From: Planctomycetota bacterium
GTDB taxonomy: Bacteria > Planctomycetota > MHYJ01 > WSZJ01
Assembly (NCBI GenBank): GCA_038060895.1
Contig: JBBTCT010000031.1
Span: 32,001-96,000, forward strand
Direction of reading: 5' to 3'
Length of the DNA: 64,000 bases
Below, piece after piece: positions 1-9,852 of the stretch. The notes beneath the pieces were generated by a model that worked only from the letters and a program-made list of their open reading frames with translations, was not told the DNA's origin and searched no databases. The first letter of the stretch is position 1; each line of letters begins with the position of its first letter. A program made the position numbers and the translations under genes.

Positions 1-1
1 A

Positions 2-1327
2 TGCGGCGTGCCGGCCGGCAACGTCGTGTTCCTGAAGGACAAGGACGCGACGCTGGCGGCGATCCGGAAGGAACTGAAGGCGTTGGCGGCGCGGGCGGGG
101 GAAGGCAGCACCTTCATCTTCTACTTCCAGGGGCACGGACTGAGCCGGAAGGAGAAAACCTGGCTCGCGTGCTACGACGTGGACCTCAAGGATTACTCGA
201 CCGCAATGGACGTCGATGAACTCTTTCCCGTTTTCGACAAGGAGTGGAAGGGCGAGCGATTGCTGCTGGTCGGCGACTGCTGCCACTCGGGGGCGCTCGG
301 GACCGTCGTGGATCGCTTCGAGGGAAAGGCCGGCGTCCGCGCGGCGTGCCTGACTTCGGCGACGGCGTCGAACCTCTCGACGGAGCACTGGACGTTCACC
401 GAAGCGCTCATCACGGCGTTGGCGGGCAACGGTGCGGTTGACCGCGATCGCGACGGCAGGATCACGATCGGGGAGGCCGACGCCTTCGCCCACACCGAAA
501 TGCTCTACCGCGAGAACCAGCTCTGCCGCGGGAAGCGCTCTTCGAATTTCGAAGAGGGATTCGTGCTGCGCGCGGTGGCGGCGGACAAACCAGCGCCGGC
601 GAAAGTCGAGGGAGACCGGCAGGTGTTCGATTTCCTGGAGGCCTGCGACCGCGACGGAAAGTGGTACGTCTCGCAGATCCTGGCGGTGAAGGACGGAAAG
701 TACCGTGTTCACTACCTGGGCTGGGACGCGAAGTGGGACGAGTGGGTGGGCCCGGAGAAGCTGCGCGCGATCGAGAGAACGAAGCTCAAGGTGGGTGAGA
801 AGTACGAGATCGAGTGGCGAAAGGACCAGTGGTACCTCGCGACCGTCACAAAATCCGAGGCCGACACCTTCTACTTCGTGCATTACGAGGGCGAAAACGG
901 CGACGACGACGAGTGGGTGACCGCGAACAAGGCCCGCCCGCCGTCGGCGGGTTCGAAGCCGAAGCCGCCCGAATTCGCCGCGCTCGCGCCGCGGGCCTTC
1001 GTGAAAGGCGACGCCGTTGCCGCGCGCTGGAGAAAGCAGTGGTTTCTCGCGACCGTCAACTCGGTCGTGGACGGCGTCCACGCCGTGACCTACGCGGACG
1101 GCGACAAAGGGTCCCTCACGGATGCCGACCTCGTCCCCGTGGCGAAAGCCTCCGAAGTCAAGGAAGGCGAGCGCGTCCTCGCCTGCTGGGGCGGGAAGCC
1201 CGAGATGTTCCCGGGAGTAGTTCTGTCGAAGACCGCCAGGGCGTGCAAAGTGAAGTGGGAGGACGGCACCAAGCCGAGCGAGGTTCCGTTCGAGCAGGTG
1301 GCCCGCATAAAACCCGCGGGCAAGTAG
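2..1327 (+). CDS. Caspase-family (peptidase C14) protein with four C-terminal Tudor/Agenet/chromo-barrel-like domains; 5' end probably outside window
   Basis: FIFYFQGHG and LLVGDCCHSG His/Cys dyad motifs; EF-hand-like DRDRDGRITIGE; barrel repeats such as WYVSQILAVKDGKYRVHYLGWDAKWDEWV and WYLATVTK..FVHYEGENGDDDEWV; frame open to window edge. Confidence 0.8.
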   Translation, partial: CGVPAGNVVFLKDKDATLAAIRKELKALAARAGEGSTFIFYFQGHGLSRKEKTWLACYDVDLKDYSTAMDVDELFPVFDKEWKGERLLLVGDCCHSGALGTVVDRFEGKAGVRAACLTSATASNLSTEHWTFTEALITALAGNGAVDRDRDGRITIGEADAFAHTEMLYRENQLCRGKRSSNFEEGFVLRAVAADKPAPAKVEGDRQVFDFLEACDRDGKWYVSQILAVKDGKYRVHYLGWDAKWDEWVGPEKLRAIERTKLKVGEKYEIEWRKDQWYLATVTKSEADTFYFVHYEGENGDDDEWVTANKARPPSAGSKPKPPEFAALAPRAFVKGDAVAARWRKQWFLATVNSVVDGVHAVTYADGDKGSLTDADLVPVAKASEVKEGERVLACWGGKPEMFPGVVLSKTARACKVKWEDGTKPSEVPFEQVARIKPAGK

Positions 1328-1342
1328 CCTCGCCCGCGGGTT
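1311..1342. terminator. Hairpin between convergent genes, spanning the caspase stop codon
   Basis: AACCCGCGGGC (1311-1321) / GCCCGCGGGTT (1332-1342) perfect 11-bp inverted repeat. Confidence 0.5.
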
Positions 1343-1354
1343 GCCGAGTCGTTG

Positions 1355-4081
1355 CTACTCCTTGCCCTTCTTTTTCTTCTTCCCCTCGAAATCCCCCACC
1401 TGGATCGTCCCCATCTTCGAGGGATCCACGTACTTCCGCAGCGCCGCGTTCACATCCTCAAGCGTGAGATTCGCCGACGCCTCGTCGAGCTTGTTCCAGA
1501 GGGTGAAGTCCTTCCCGGCGACCTTCAGCGTGACGATCGTGCCCGCCAGGCGGGCGTCGTCCGCACGCGCCTGCGACACCTGGTTCGCGTATCCCTTCTT
1601 GAACGTGGCCAGCTCTTCCTCCGTCACGCCGGTCTTCAGTGCTTCCACCAGCTCCGTGCGGATGAGATCCAGCGCCTTCCCGGCGTTTTCAGGTTTCGTC
1701 ATCGTGTAGAGCAGGACCATCCCGAAGTCGCCCTTCAGATCTGCGATCACCATGCCGCCCGTCGCGTAACTGAGCGCCTTCTCGACCCGGACCTTGTTGG
1801 GGATCCGCGAAGCCATGCCGTCCTGGAACAGCGCGGAAGACGCGGCCTGGATCGCGGAGTAGTCCGCCGAAGCGATGCTGAGGCGGATCGGCTGGATCAT
1901 GACGCTGATCGCGCTCGGCTTGCCCGGCGTCTCCAGCCGCGCCTCGTTCTTCAGCAGCTTCTCGACCGCTTCGTTCGTCTCCTGCACGCCGGGCTTCGCC
2001 GCTTTCCAGTCCCCGACGATCGGCTTGAGAAGCGCGTCGACGTCCTTCGGATCCACGTCGCCGACGATTCCGCCGACCATCCCGTCTGCGCCCAGGAATT
2101 CCTTGTGGAAGGCGAGAACGGCCTCGACGGTCAGCTTGTCCAGCTCGGCGATCACTTCGTCAAACGTTCGCGGCAGGCGCGGATCGCCCTGGGCGAGGAT
2201 CATGGTGGGCACCGTCTGCTGCAGCAGGACCTGGGGCTCGTCGCGCGACGCCTTGATCTGGTCCTTCGTCCGGCGGACGTATTCCTGGAGGCTCGCCTCG
2301 TCGATGAGCGGCGACCTCAGCATCTCCCGCGCGAGCTTCAGCGCCTCGGGAAGCGACGCCTTCGTCGTTGAAATCGAAATCGAAGCGCCTTCGATGGAAA
2401 TGCCGAGACCGATTTCCGTCATCATCCCGGCGAGCTTCGACTTCAGCTCATCCTTCGACAGCGTCGCGGTCTTCTCCGTGATCAACTCCGACAGCGCCTC
2501 CCCGGCCACGGCCGTCGGGTAAACGATCTTCCGGCCGGCCAGCGGGACCGTGAACTGCAGGTGCACCCGGTCCCCGACCGTTTCCTTGCGCACGAGCCCG
2601 ACCTTCACCGGGCCGACGTCCAGCCACTGGAGCTTTGACATCACGTTGGCCGACGAGTAGTCGAACACCTTCACCTTTTTCGACATCGCCGGGAGCTTCG
2701 ACAGAAGCATGTCGTACTTCGACGGCGCAGGCTCAGTCTCCAGCTTCACCCCCACCGCTTCCGAGTCCGGCATGAACCTCCCGACGACCCGGTTCTCGAG
2801 CCGGATGTACTTCGCCGCAAACGCGTGCACTTCCTCGATCGTCACGCCCTTCGTCTGCTCCCGCCGCGCCAGCAGCAGCTTCCACGACCCCCACGACTCC
2901 GCTTCGCTCAACGCAAACGCCAGCGACTGCGGATTGTTGAACAGGTCGTCGAAGCCCTTCTCCATCTCGCTCTGGGCGCGCTCGAGGTCGTCTTCATCGA
3001 GCGAAGCGGCCTTGTTCTCGATCAGGTTCAGGATCGCGGCCTCGCAGGCGTCGGCGTCCTTGTCCTTCGGGACCGTCGCCATCACGAAGAACGGCGACGC
3101 ATAGCGCAGGCTGATCGTGCTCGCGGAGACGCTTCCCGCCAGGCCCTTGGCGACGACCGCGTCATGAAGCGGCCCGGAGTTCCCGGAGACGAGCATCTGG
3201 GCGAAGACGTCGGCGATGGCAGCATCGGGGTGAGACGACCCCGGGATGCGGTAGCCCGCGAGGATGACGTGCGCTTCGCCCGGCTTGCGGACGGTGTAGC
3301 GGCGTTCGCCGGATGAGGCGGGCTCGCGCGTGGTGTACCCGGGGCGGTTTTCGCCGGATCCCTTGAGGGGGCCGAAGTGCTTGTTCACGAGCTCGAGAGC
3401 GGTGGCGGTCTCGAACTTCCCGGTCACGAACAGGACGGCGTTGTCGGGCCTGTAGTACTTCTTGTAGAAGGGCAGGATGTTCTCGATGCGGAGCGACTTG
3501 AAGTCCTCGATCGTGCCGATCGGCTCGCGCGAATAGGCGTGGAAGTCGTACATGGCGCCGAACATGCCCATGACGACGAGGCGGGAGGGGTTCGAAGAGC
3601 CGATGTCGAACTCGCTCTCGACGATCTTGCCTTCCTTTTCCAGGTCGTCGGCGTTCAGGATCGCGCCGCCGAGGCGCCCGGCCTCGAGCCTGATCGCGAA
3701 CTCGAGGTTTTCGTCGGTGGCGCTGACGGTCTCGAAGAAGTTCGTGCGGTCGAACCACGTCGTCCCGTTGTAGTCCGCGCCGAGTTCCTTGAGCTTCCCG
3801 GCGATGTCGGGAATGCCCTCGACCGCGTGGAAGAGAACGTGCTCGAAGACGTGCGCCATGCCCATTTCCCCGGCGCCCTCGTGGACGGAACCGACCAGGA
3901 CGGTCAGGTTGACCGTGACCTTCGGCTTGTTCGGATCCGGAAACAGCACCACGCGCAACCCGTTCGGCATCCGGTACTCCTCGATCCCGAGGATCTGCGC
4001 GGTGCGTTCGGGGGCGGCCTCTTCGGCGCGGGCGGCAAGGGCGGACAGCACGACAGCAGCAGCGATGGCAATTCGGGTCAT
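1355..4081 (-). CDS. M16 family zinc protease (pitrilysin/PqqL-like), secreted
   Basis: Signal peptide; inverted zinc motif HVFEH; NGTTWFDRTNFFE; YKKYYRPDNA; two-half architecture; GGAGG SD. Confidence 0.92.
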   Translation of the reverse strand: MTRIAIAAAVVLSALAARAEEAAPERTAQILGIEEYRMPNGLRVVLFPDPNKPKVTVNLTVLVGSVHEGAGEMGMAHVFEHVLFHAVEGIPDIAGKLKELGADYNGTTWFDRTNFFETVSATDENLEFAIRLEAGRLGGAILNADDLEKEGKIVESEFDIGSSNPSRLVVMGMFGAMYDFHAYSREPIGTIEDFKSLRIENILPFYKKYYRPDNAVLFVTGKFETATALELVNKHFGPLKGSGENRPGYTTREPASSGERRYTVRKPGEAHVILAGYRIPGSSHPDAAIADVFAQMLVSGNSGPLHDAVVAKGLAGSVSASTISLRYASPFFVMATVPKDKDADACEAAILNLIENKAASLDEDDLERAQSEMEKGFDDLFNNPQSLAFALSEAESWGSWKLLLARREQTKGVTIEEVHAFAAKYIRLENRVVGRFMPDSEAVGVKLETEPAPSKYDMLLSKLPAMSKKVKVFDYSSANVMSKLQWLDVGPVKVGLVRKETVGDRVHLQFTVPLAGRKIVYPTAVAGEALSELITEKTATLSKDELKSKLAGMMTEIGLGISIEGASISISTTKASLPEALKLAREMLRSPLIDEASLQEYVRRTKDQIKASRDEPQVLLQQTVPTMILAQGDPRLPRTFDEVIAELDKLTVEAVLAFHKEFLGADGMVGGIVGDVDPKDVDALLKPIVGDWKAAKPGVQETNEAVEKLLKNEARLETPGKPSAISVMIQPIRLSIASADYSAIQAASSALFQDGMASRIPNKVRVEKALSYATGGMVIADLKGDFGMVLLYTMTKPENAGKALDLIRTELVEALKTGVTEEELATFKKGYANQVSQARADDARLAGTIVTLKVAGKDFTLWNKLDEASANLTLEDVNAALRKYVDPSKMGTIQVGDFEGKKKKKGKE

Positions 4082-4163
4082 GAGACCTCCGTGGAATGTG
4101 CAGAAGGTACGGATTGGGAGGGGCGGATGTTAGCAGGCCGCAGCGCGGCGCTCCCGAAAGCGT

Positions 4164-4766
4164 CTACTTTGGAGAGGGCGTCGGACGCCCGATGTTCAGT
4201 ATGGCTTCTTCCGCGGGACTTCCGATGGCGAACACGTCAACGCGCCCCTGGAAATACAGAACGTTCAAATCGTCGCCGACATTGGCAAGCGGGCATCGAT
4301 GCCATGCGATCGGCAGGTCTGGCGGCGCGCCATCCGTAGGACCCGTATCGGGCCATGTGTACTTGACGCAGCCCTGAGGCTCGTATGAACCGGAGGGTGC
4401 CACTTCCCAAAGCAGTGACAGGCGATTTCCGCATCGGGAACAGGTGAGAAGCTCCTTCGCATCCATCCCGCATTTCTGAAGCCAATCCTCGAACGCAGGG
4501 GTGTTGGACGGGTAAGCCTTGAATTGTCCTTCGTAGAGTGCGTAGTAGACACCAAGTTGCTTGAGTGCATTCCTGACGTGGGTCTTGCGATCCGATTGTC
4601 GCGCGGCAACCATCACGGGCAAAAGAAGCAAGCCGAGCAGCCCAAGCCCCCCGATAACAACGAACACACGAAATGCTCGAGTCGTCGACCACAGTCTTGA
4701 CAACTCATTGACTGAGCTGGGGGGTTGGGCAGGAACGAGGTCGGCAGGCAGATCGGACGCATCCAT
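4164..4766 (-). CDS. Membrane-anchored pseudopilin-like / DUF1559-like protein
   Basis: TM helix followed by LLPVMVAAR..NALKQLG, and C-terminal LNVLYFQGRV resembling the N-x-x-F-x-D-G-H-V end motif; visibly lower GC than neighbours. Confidence 0.55.
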   Translation of the reverse strand: MDASDLPADLVPAQPPSSVNELSRLWSTTRAFRVFVVIGGLGLLGLLLLPVMVAARQSDRKTHVRNALKQLGVYYALYEGQFKAYPSNTPAFEDWLQKCGMDAKELLTCSRCGNRLSLLWEVAPSGSYEPQGCVKYTWPDTGPTDGAPPDLPIAWHRCPLANVGDDLNVLYFQGRVDVFAIGSPAEEAILNIGRPTPSPK

Positions 4767-4784
4767 TACAGGATTTTACCGCCC

Positions 4785-5690
4785 CTACCGCACAGCTCCC
4801 TCCACGACTTCGAACGTCCTCTTCACAGGGTCGATCCGCGCCGTCACCCCCATCGGCAGCGTCACCTTGTCGTCCACGTGCCCGTACGGCACGCCGAAGA
4901 CCGCGGGGCGGCCCTTCAACATCTTTGCGTAGTGGCGCAGCGTGTGGTCGAGCGCCGGGCGAGGCTTGCAGTCGCTCCAGGTGGTGAAGACGGCGCCGGC
5001 GATGCGGTCCCAGATGCCGGCGAGGCGGAGCTGGGCGAGCATGCGATCGACGCGGCGGACTTCTTCGCCGACGTCCTCGAGCACGAGGAGGGCGCGGTCG
5101 AAGGAAGGGGTGTACGGGGTGCCGAGGAGGGTCTGGAGGACGGAGAGGGTGCCGCCGAGGATCGGTCCCTGGGCGGGGCGGTCGCCGAGGAACTCGAGCG
5201 GCTGCTTGAAGTGGAAGGTCGGCGGCTCGGGGAGCTCGACGAGGGGCCAGAAGTGGCGGGCGGTGAACGGGCGGAGGCCGCCGTTGAAATCGGTGGCGAC
5301 CATCGGGCCGGAGAACGTGACGAGGCCGGTCTTGTGCCAGATCGCGAGCTGAGGCGCGGTGAGGTCGGAGTAGCCCACGAAGATCTTCGGATACTTGCCG
5401 ATGGCCTCGTAGTCGAGGCGGTCGAGGAGGCGCGTCGCGCCGGCGCCGCCGCGGGCGCAGAAGATCGCCTTGATCGCGGGGTTGCGGAAGGCCTCGTTCA
5501 GGTCGGTGAGCCGGTCCAGGTCGCGCCCCGCGAGGTGGTCGGATTTCTCGCCGACGTGCTTGCCCAGGACGACGCGGTAACCCCGCTTTTCGATCTCGCG
5601 CACGCCACGCCGCAGCGCCGGCCTCGACGGCGCGGACGACGGGCAGACGACGGCAATCAGGTCGCCCGGCCGGAGACGCGGCGGCTTCAC
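4785..5690 (-). CDS. ldcA: LD-carboxypeptidase (peptidase S66)
   Basis: PPRLRPGDLIAVVCPSS, ARGGAG, GYSDLT, GGTL, LEDVGE, PYGH motifs. Confidence 0.93.
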   Translation of the reverse strand: MKPPRLRPGDLIAVVCPSSAPSRPALRRGVREIEKRGYRVVLGKHVGEKSDHLAGRDLDRLTDLNEAFRNPAIKAIFCARGGAGATRLLDRLDYEAIGKYPKIFVGYSDLTAPQLAIWHKTGLVTFSGPMVATDFNGGLRPFTARHFWPLVELPEPPTFHFKQPLEFLGDRPAQGPILGGTLSVLQTLLGTPYTPSFDRALLVLEDVGEEVRRVDRMLAQLRLAGIWDRIAGAVFTTWSDCKPRPALDHTLRHYAKMLKGRPAVFGVPYGHVDDKVTLPMGVTARIDPVKRTFEVVEGAVR

Positions 5691-5696
5691 GGGCGC

Positions 5697-6323
5697 CTAT
5701 CGTTCCTCAAACGCCGCGCAGAGGATGTGGCCGATCGACTCGTGGCACTCCTGCACGATCGCGGTTTCCTTCGCCGGTACACGGAGGCAGATGTCCACCA
5801 GCTCGGAGAGCTCCCCGCCATCCTCGGCGGTGAGCCCGATGGTGCGCGCGCCGAGGGCGGAAGCCGTCCTCGCGGCGGCGAGCACGTTTTCAGAGTTGCC
5901 GGACGTCGAGATGCAGACCAGGACGTCCTTCGCCTTGACCAGCGCTTCGACCTGCCGGGAAAAAACACGGTCGTAGCCCAGGTCATTGGAAGCGGCCGTG
6001 AGCGTGGACGTATCCGTCGTGAGGGCAATCGCGGCGATGGCGGGGCGGTTGCGGACGTAGCGCACGACCAGCTCCGTCGCCCAGTGCTGCGCGTCGGCAG
6101 CGCTTCCGCCGTTGCCGCAGAAGAAGATGGTCGCGCCTTTGGCGGACGCTTCGCGCACGGTCGCAACAACGCGCGCGATCTCGTCGAGCATCGTGTTGAG
6201 AACCTCGGTCTTCGCGGCGATCGAGGCCTTGAGATGCGTCTCGGCGAGTTTCCGGACGCGGAGCATGCCGGGCGTGAGGAAGAGTGTCGTCGCGAGTTCG
6301 GGCTTGCGCGGAGGTTTCGGCAT
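5697..6323 (-). CDS. gmhA: Phosphoheptose isomerase (SIS domain)
   Basis: CGNGGSAADAQH, NDLGYDRVFSRQVEAL, ISTSGNSENV, QECH. Confidence 0.95.
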   Translation of the reverse strand: MPKPPRKPELATTLFLTPGMLRVRKLAETHLKASIAAKTEVLNTMLDEIARVVATVREASAKGATIFFCGNGGSAADAQHWATELVVRYVRNRPAIAAIALTTDTSTLTAASNDLGYDRVFSRQVEALVKAKDVLVCISTSGNSENVLAAARTASALGARTIGLTAEDGGELSELVDICLRVPAKETAIVQECHESIGHILCAAFEER

Positions 6324-7789
6324 CAGGCCTTTCCCTTCTTGCGGATTCGCTTCACCAGATTTGTAGTCGAGACTCCTTCGGTCAACGGCGCCACGGTCAC
6401 GCGCCCGCCCCAGGCCTTCACGATGTCCGCACCGAACACCTCGGCGAGCTTGTAGTCCCCGCCCTTCACCAGGACGTTCGGCTTCAACTTCTTGAGCAGT
6501 TCGAGCGGCGTCGCGGCATCGAACACGATCACGTAGTCCACATCCTCGAGCGCCGCCAGAACCTGAGCGCGCTCGCCCTGCGGCACGATCGGGCGGTCTT
6601 TCCCCTTGAGCCGCTTCACGCTCGCGTCGCTGTTGATCGCGACGACCAGCACGTCGCCCTGCGCGCGGGCGAACCGAAGCGTCCGCAGGTGCCCGACGTG
6701 AAGCACGTCGAAGCAGCCGTTCGTGAAGGCGACGGTTTCCTGCCGGTCACGGTGCTCCTTCAGGCGCGGGAGGAGTTCGGAGACGGTGCGGATCTTCGCG
6801 GGGCGCAGCTCGTGCTCCTCCGCGAGGTCATCGAGGATTTCCTTTCGCGTCACGGTCGCGACGCCGACTTTCGTCACCGCGATCCCGCCGGCCGCGTTCG
6901 CGAGGCGGACGGCGTCGTCGGAGGAAGCGCCGCAGGCGAGAGCGAGGCCGAGCGCGGCGACCGACGTGTCCCCGGCGCCTGCAACGTCGTAGACCTGGCG
7001 CGGGCGGGCGTGGATGTGAAGGGGCGCGCGGCCGTGGCGGAAGAGCGACATCCCCTGGGCGCCGCGGGTGACGAGGATGAAGTCGCAGGCGAGGCCCTTG
7101 AGGAGCGTCACGGCAGCCGCGGCGATTTCCGCGTCCGTCGAGACGGGCAGGCCCGTCGCGATCGCGAGTTCCTTGAGGTTCGGGGCGATGGCGGAGCAGC
7201 CGCGGTACTTCGAGAAGTCAGCTCCCTTGGGGCCGACGAGGACCGGCTTTGCGTGCTTCTTCGCGGCGGCCATGACCGCTTCCAGCACTACGGACGTCAG
7301 CGCGCCCTTGTTGTAGTCGCTGAGGATCACGAGATCGGCCTTCGCGACCTGCTTGTCCAGTCGCTTCGCCAGCTCGCGCTCCGCTTCCTTCGCAATGGCG
7401 CTCGTCTTCTCGCGGTCGACGCGGAGCATCTGCTGCGCGCCGCCGATGCAGCGGGTCTTGATCGGCGTGGGTTTTGAGGAATCGGTGACGACCGCGGTCG
7501 TGTCGATCCCGTCCGCCTTCATGACCTCCAGGAGCCGCTTCCCCGCCGTGTCGTTGCCGACCGCGCCGGCGCACGCCGCCTCGGCGCCGAGCGCGACGAG
7601 ATTTTTCGCGACGTTGGCGGCGCCGCCGGGGCGTTCCTCCTCGCGCTGGACGTGCAGGATCGGAATCGGGCCTTCCGGCGAGATGCGCTCGACCTTGCCC
7701 CACAGGTAGCGATCGAGGAGAAGGTCGCCCGCGACGAGGATGCGGGGGCGGCCGAAGGAACGGAGAAGTTCGGTGTGGCGGGTGATCAT
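6323..7789 (-). CDS. hldE: Bifunctional heptose-7-phosphate kinase / heptose-1-phosphate adenylyltransferase
   Basis: ERISPEGPIP, SDYNKG, VYDVAGAGDT (kinase); FTNGCFDVLHVGH, KGGDY, STT (nucleotidyltransferase). Confidence 0.96.
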   Translation of the reverse strand: MITRHTELLRSFGRPRILVAGDLLLDRYLWGKVERISPEGPIPILHVQREEERPGGAANVAKNLVALGAEAACAGAVGNDTAGKRLLEVMKADGIDTTAVVTDSSKPTPIKTRCIGGAQQMLRVDREKTSAIAKEAERELAKRLDKQVAKADLVILSDYNKGALTSVVLEAVMAAAKKHAKPVLVGPKGADFSKYRGCSAIAPNLKELAIATGLPVSTDAEIAAAAVTLLKGLACDFILVTRGAQGMSLFRHGRAPLHIHARPRQVYDVAGAGDTSVAALGLALACGASSDDAVRLANAAGGIAVTKVGVATVTRKEILDDLAEEHELRPAKIRTVSELLPRLKEHRDRQETVAFTNGCFDVLHVGHLRTLRFARAQGDVLVVAINSDASVKRLKGKDRPIVPQGERAQVLAALEDVDYVIVFDAATPLELLKKLKPNVLVKGGDYKLAEVFGADIVKAWGGRVTVAPLTEGVSTTNLVKRIRKKGKA

Positions 7790-7835
7790 CGAGGCGCTAT
7801 GAAAGCGGAAGAGGTGGAGGTTGGCGAGGGGAAAT

Positions 7836-7925
7836 CCCGGTTCGGAGTCTGGAGTTCCGGAAGTTGTGTTCCGGGATCCGGGTTCCGAGTTCCGGGTGGG
7901 GTTGGGTGTTGAGCGTTGCGAGTTT
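7836..7925. repeat. Degenerate ~7-bp tandem repeats in intergenic spacer
   Basis: GTTCGGA/GTCTGGA/GTTCCGG/GATCCGG/GTTCCGA units. Confidence 0.6.
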
Positions 7926-7930
7926 CGCCG

Positions 7931-8689
7931 TCACGCATCGACCGCCTTGACTGCCGCCGCCAGGTGGCTCGGGTTCAGCGTCCCCAGCACAACAGCGTCC
8001 ACGAAAGGGCGGCTCGCGACGAAAGCGACGGCGGCTGCGGGGTCGGTCGCCCTTCCTTGCTCGATGGCCTTGATCGCCAGAACACCCAGCCCTGCCCGGT
8101 GCGCTCCCTCGAGTGCGGAACCGAGCGACTGGTCCGCCTGATTGAAGGGCGCCATGACGATGTCGAGGAGACCGATGCAGCCTCGGATGCCGGCGTCGGT
8201 CTTCGCCGAGAGGCCGACGGCGCGCGCCTGGCCGCGCTTCTTCGCGTCGATAAGCGTCGCGACCGCGTCGGTTTTCGTCAGGATCTCCTCGTCGCGGCCG
8301 TCGGAGTGCAGGAGCAGCAGGTCCACGTGGTCCGTCCCGAGGCGCTTCAGGCTCTGCGCGATCTGGTCCTCGAGCGGCGCGCGGCGGAAGTCCCACTTGG
8401 AAGATTGCTTGGCGAAGATCTCGCCGCACTTTGTCGCCAGGACAATCTCATTGCGGTGCGCCTTCACGAACGGCGCCAACCGGAGTTCGCTCGACCCGTA
8501 GGCCGGGGCGGTGTCGAACAAGTTCACGCCGAGCTCGAGCGCGCGAGCGAGGAGCGCCGCGACCTCGGCGTCGGTCGGCAGCTCGAATTCCTTCGGGTAC
8601 TTCACGTCGAAGTTGCGGCCAAGCTTCACCGTGCCCAGGCCGACGGGCGCGACGCGGAGGCCGGTTTTCCCTAGGGCGCGGGGAACCAC
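7931..8689 (-). CDS. Aldo/keto reductase
   Basis: GTG start after GAGGAG; RALGKTGLRVAPVGLGTVKLG, FDTAPAYG, LATKCG, SLKRLGTDHVDLLLLH. Confidence 0.92.
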   Translation of the reverse strand: MVPRALGKTGLRVAPVGLGTVKLGRNFDVKYPKEFELPTDAEVAALLARALELGVNLFDTAPAYGSSELRLAPFVKAHRNEIVLATKCGEIFAKQSSKWDFRRAPLEDQIAQSLKRLGTDHVDLLLLHSDGRDEEILTKTDAVATLIDAKKRGQARAVGLSAKTDAGIRGCIGLLDIVMAPFNQADQSLGSALEGAHRAGLGVLAIKAIEQGRATDPAAAVAFVASRPFVDAVVLGTLNPSHLAAAVKAVDA

Positions 8690-9852
8690 GGGGCCTCCTC
8701 CCACGGGGGTGTTGAAACGACGGGGACGGGACCGTCGGACAGCTGCGGGTCGAAGCGCCCCTGCGATTTCCCGAGCTGGGCGACGAGTTCGTCGGCGAGA
8801 AGCGGCGCGAGCGAGAGTTTCGTCGGCCAGGCGACGAGGATGTTGTCGCGCACCTTTTCCACGTGCACGCCGCTCGGCCGTCGCGCGCCGGCGGTCGCAG
8901 CCTCGGCACGGTCGACGGCGTAGGTGGCGATCTCGAGCCCTTTTGCGGGGAGCGCCGGGAAAAACCTCCGGATTTCGGCTGCGGCCTCCGCGCGGAACAC
9001 CTCGAGGTCCTTTCGTCCCGCCCCGCGCTCCGCGATCTCCCCGCCGACCTGCCATACCGCGCGTCCCGACTTGTCGCGCGCCGTCGTCACCGTAAGGTGT
9101 GTTTTCCCGCCGACCACGCAATGCGCCCAGATGTCCGGCAGGTCCCCGCGCAGCATCGCCATCGTCAGCGGCCGCCGCTGCATCCGCCCCGGGGCGTCCC
9201 CAAGCGCCGCGAGCAGGTCCTCGTTCCCGGCGCCCGCCGCCAGCACCATCGCCCCTGCTTTCACGGCGACGCCATCCAGAACCGCCTCTCCTCCACGGAA
9301 CTCCACCCGCTTCACCAGGCGGACATGCCCGCGGTTCCGCTTCGCGAGCGCCGCCAGCACGCTTGCGGTGTCGATCACCGGCTCGGCCATCGACCAGACT
9401 TTCAGCGCGGAGGCGCGAAGCGCCGCGGGCCACTCGGCTTCGGGCACCTCGACCGGCTTCGTCGCCAGCATCCCCGCGCCGACCACGATCGACATCAGCC
9501 CTTTCGCCGCGAGGTCCCCGAAGAAACCCGACCTCGGCACCCACAGCAGGCACTGCGGCGACACGATCCTGGCTTCGCGCAGATCCGGCTCGCCCTTCCC
9601 CTCGAAACACGCCCGCCAGCGCGCGGGCATCCCGGAGATCGCCTTCACGGCTTCGAGATCCCCGACTCCGCGCAGCGCGTACTTTCCTCCGCCGTGCACA
9701 ATCGCCTGCGAAGGGATCGTCTGCCCGCGCCCGAGCGCCGCGTTCTCCACGAGCAGCGCGCCGTGCCCAGCGCGCCGAAGCGCGTCAAGCGCCCACAACC
9801 CGGCGATGCCGCCGCCGAAGATCAGGACGTCGCATTCGCGCGTCGCGGTCAT
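8671..9852 (-). CDS. FAD-dependent oxidoreductase (DAO-like)
   Basis: DVLIFGGGIAG Rossmann motif; SQAIVHGGGKYAL; WPTKLSLAP; overlaps both neighbours. Confidence 0.88.
   Translation of the reverse strand: MTATRECDVLIFGGGIAGLWALDALRRAGHGALLVENAALGRGQTIPSQAIVHGGGKYALRGVGDLEAVKAISGMPARWRACFEGKGEPDLREARIVSPQCLLWVPRSGFFGDLAAKGLMSIVVGAGMLATKPVEVPEAEWPAALRASALKVWSMAEPVIDTASVLAALAKRNRGHVRLVKRVEFRGGEAVLDGVAVKAGAMVLAAGAGNEDLLAALGDAPGRMQRRPLTMAMLRGDLPDIWAHCVVGGKTHLTVTTARDKSGRAVWQVGGEIAERGAGRKDLEVFRAEAAAEIRRFFPALPAKGLEIATYAVDRAEAATAGARRPSGVHVEKVRDNILVAWPTKLSLAPLLADELVAQLGKSQGRFDPQLSDGPVPVVSTPPWEEAPWFPAP

Noticed and set aside
7931-9610. Apparent 559-aa AKR with a long N-terminal extension (similarly the extended ORFs for lysA, secretin, HD-GYP, MFS and ABC genes)
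   Set aside because: Extensions overlap upstream genes in another frame; better starts with SD, -10 box or stop/start overlap exist downstream
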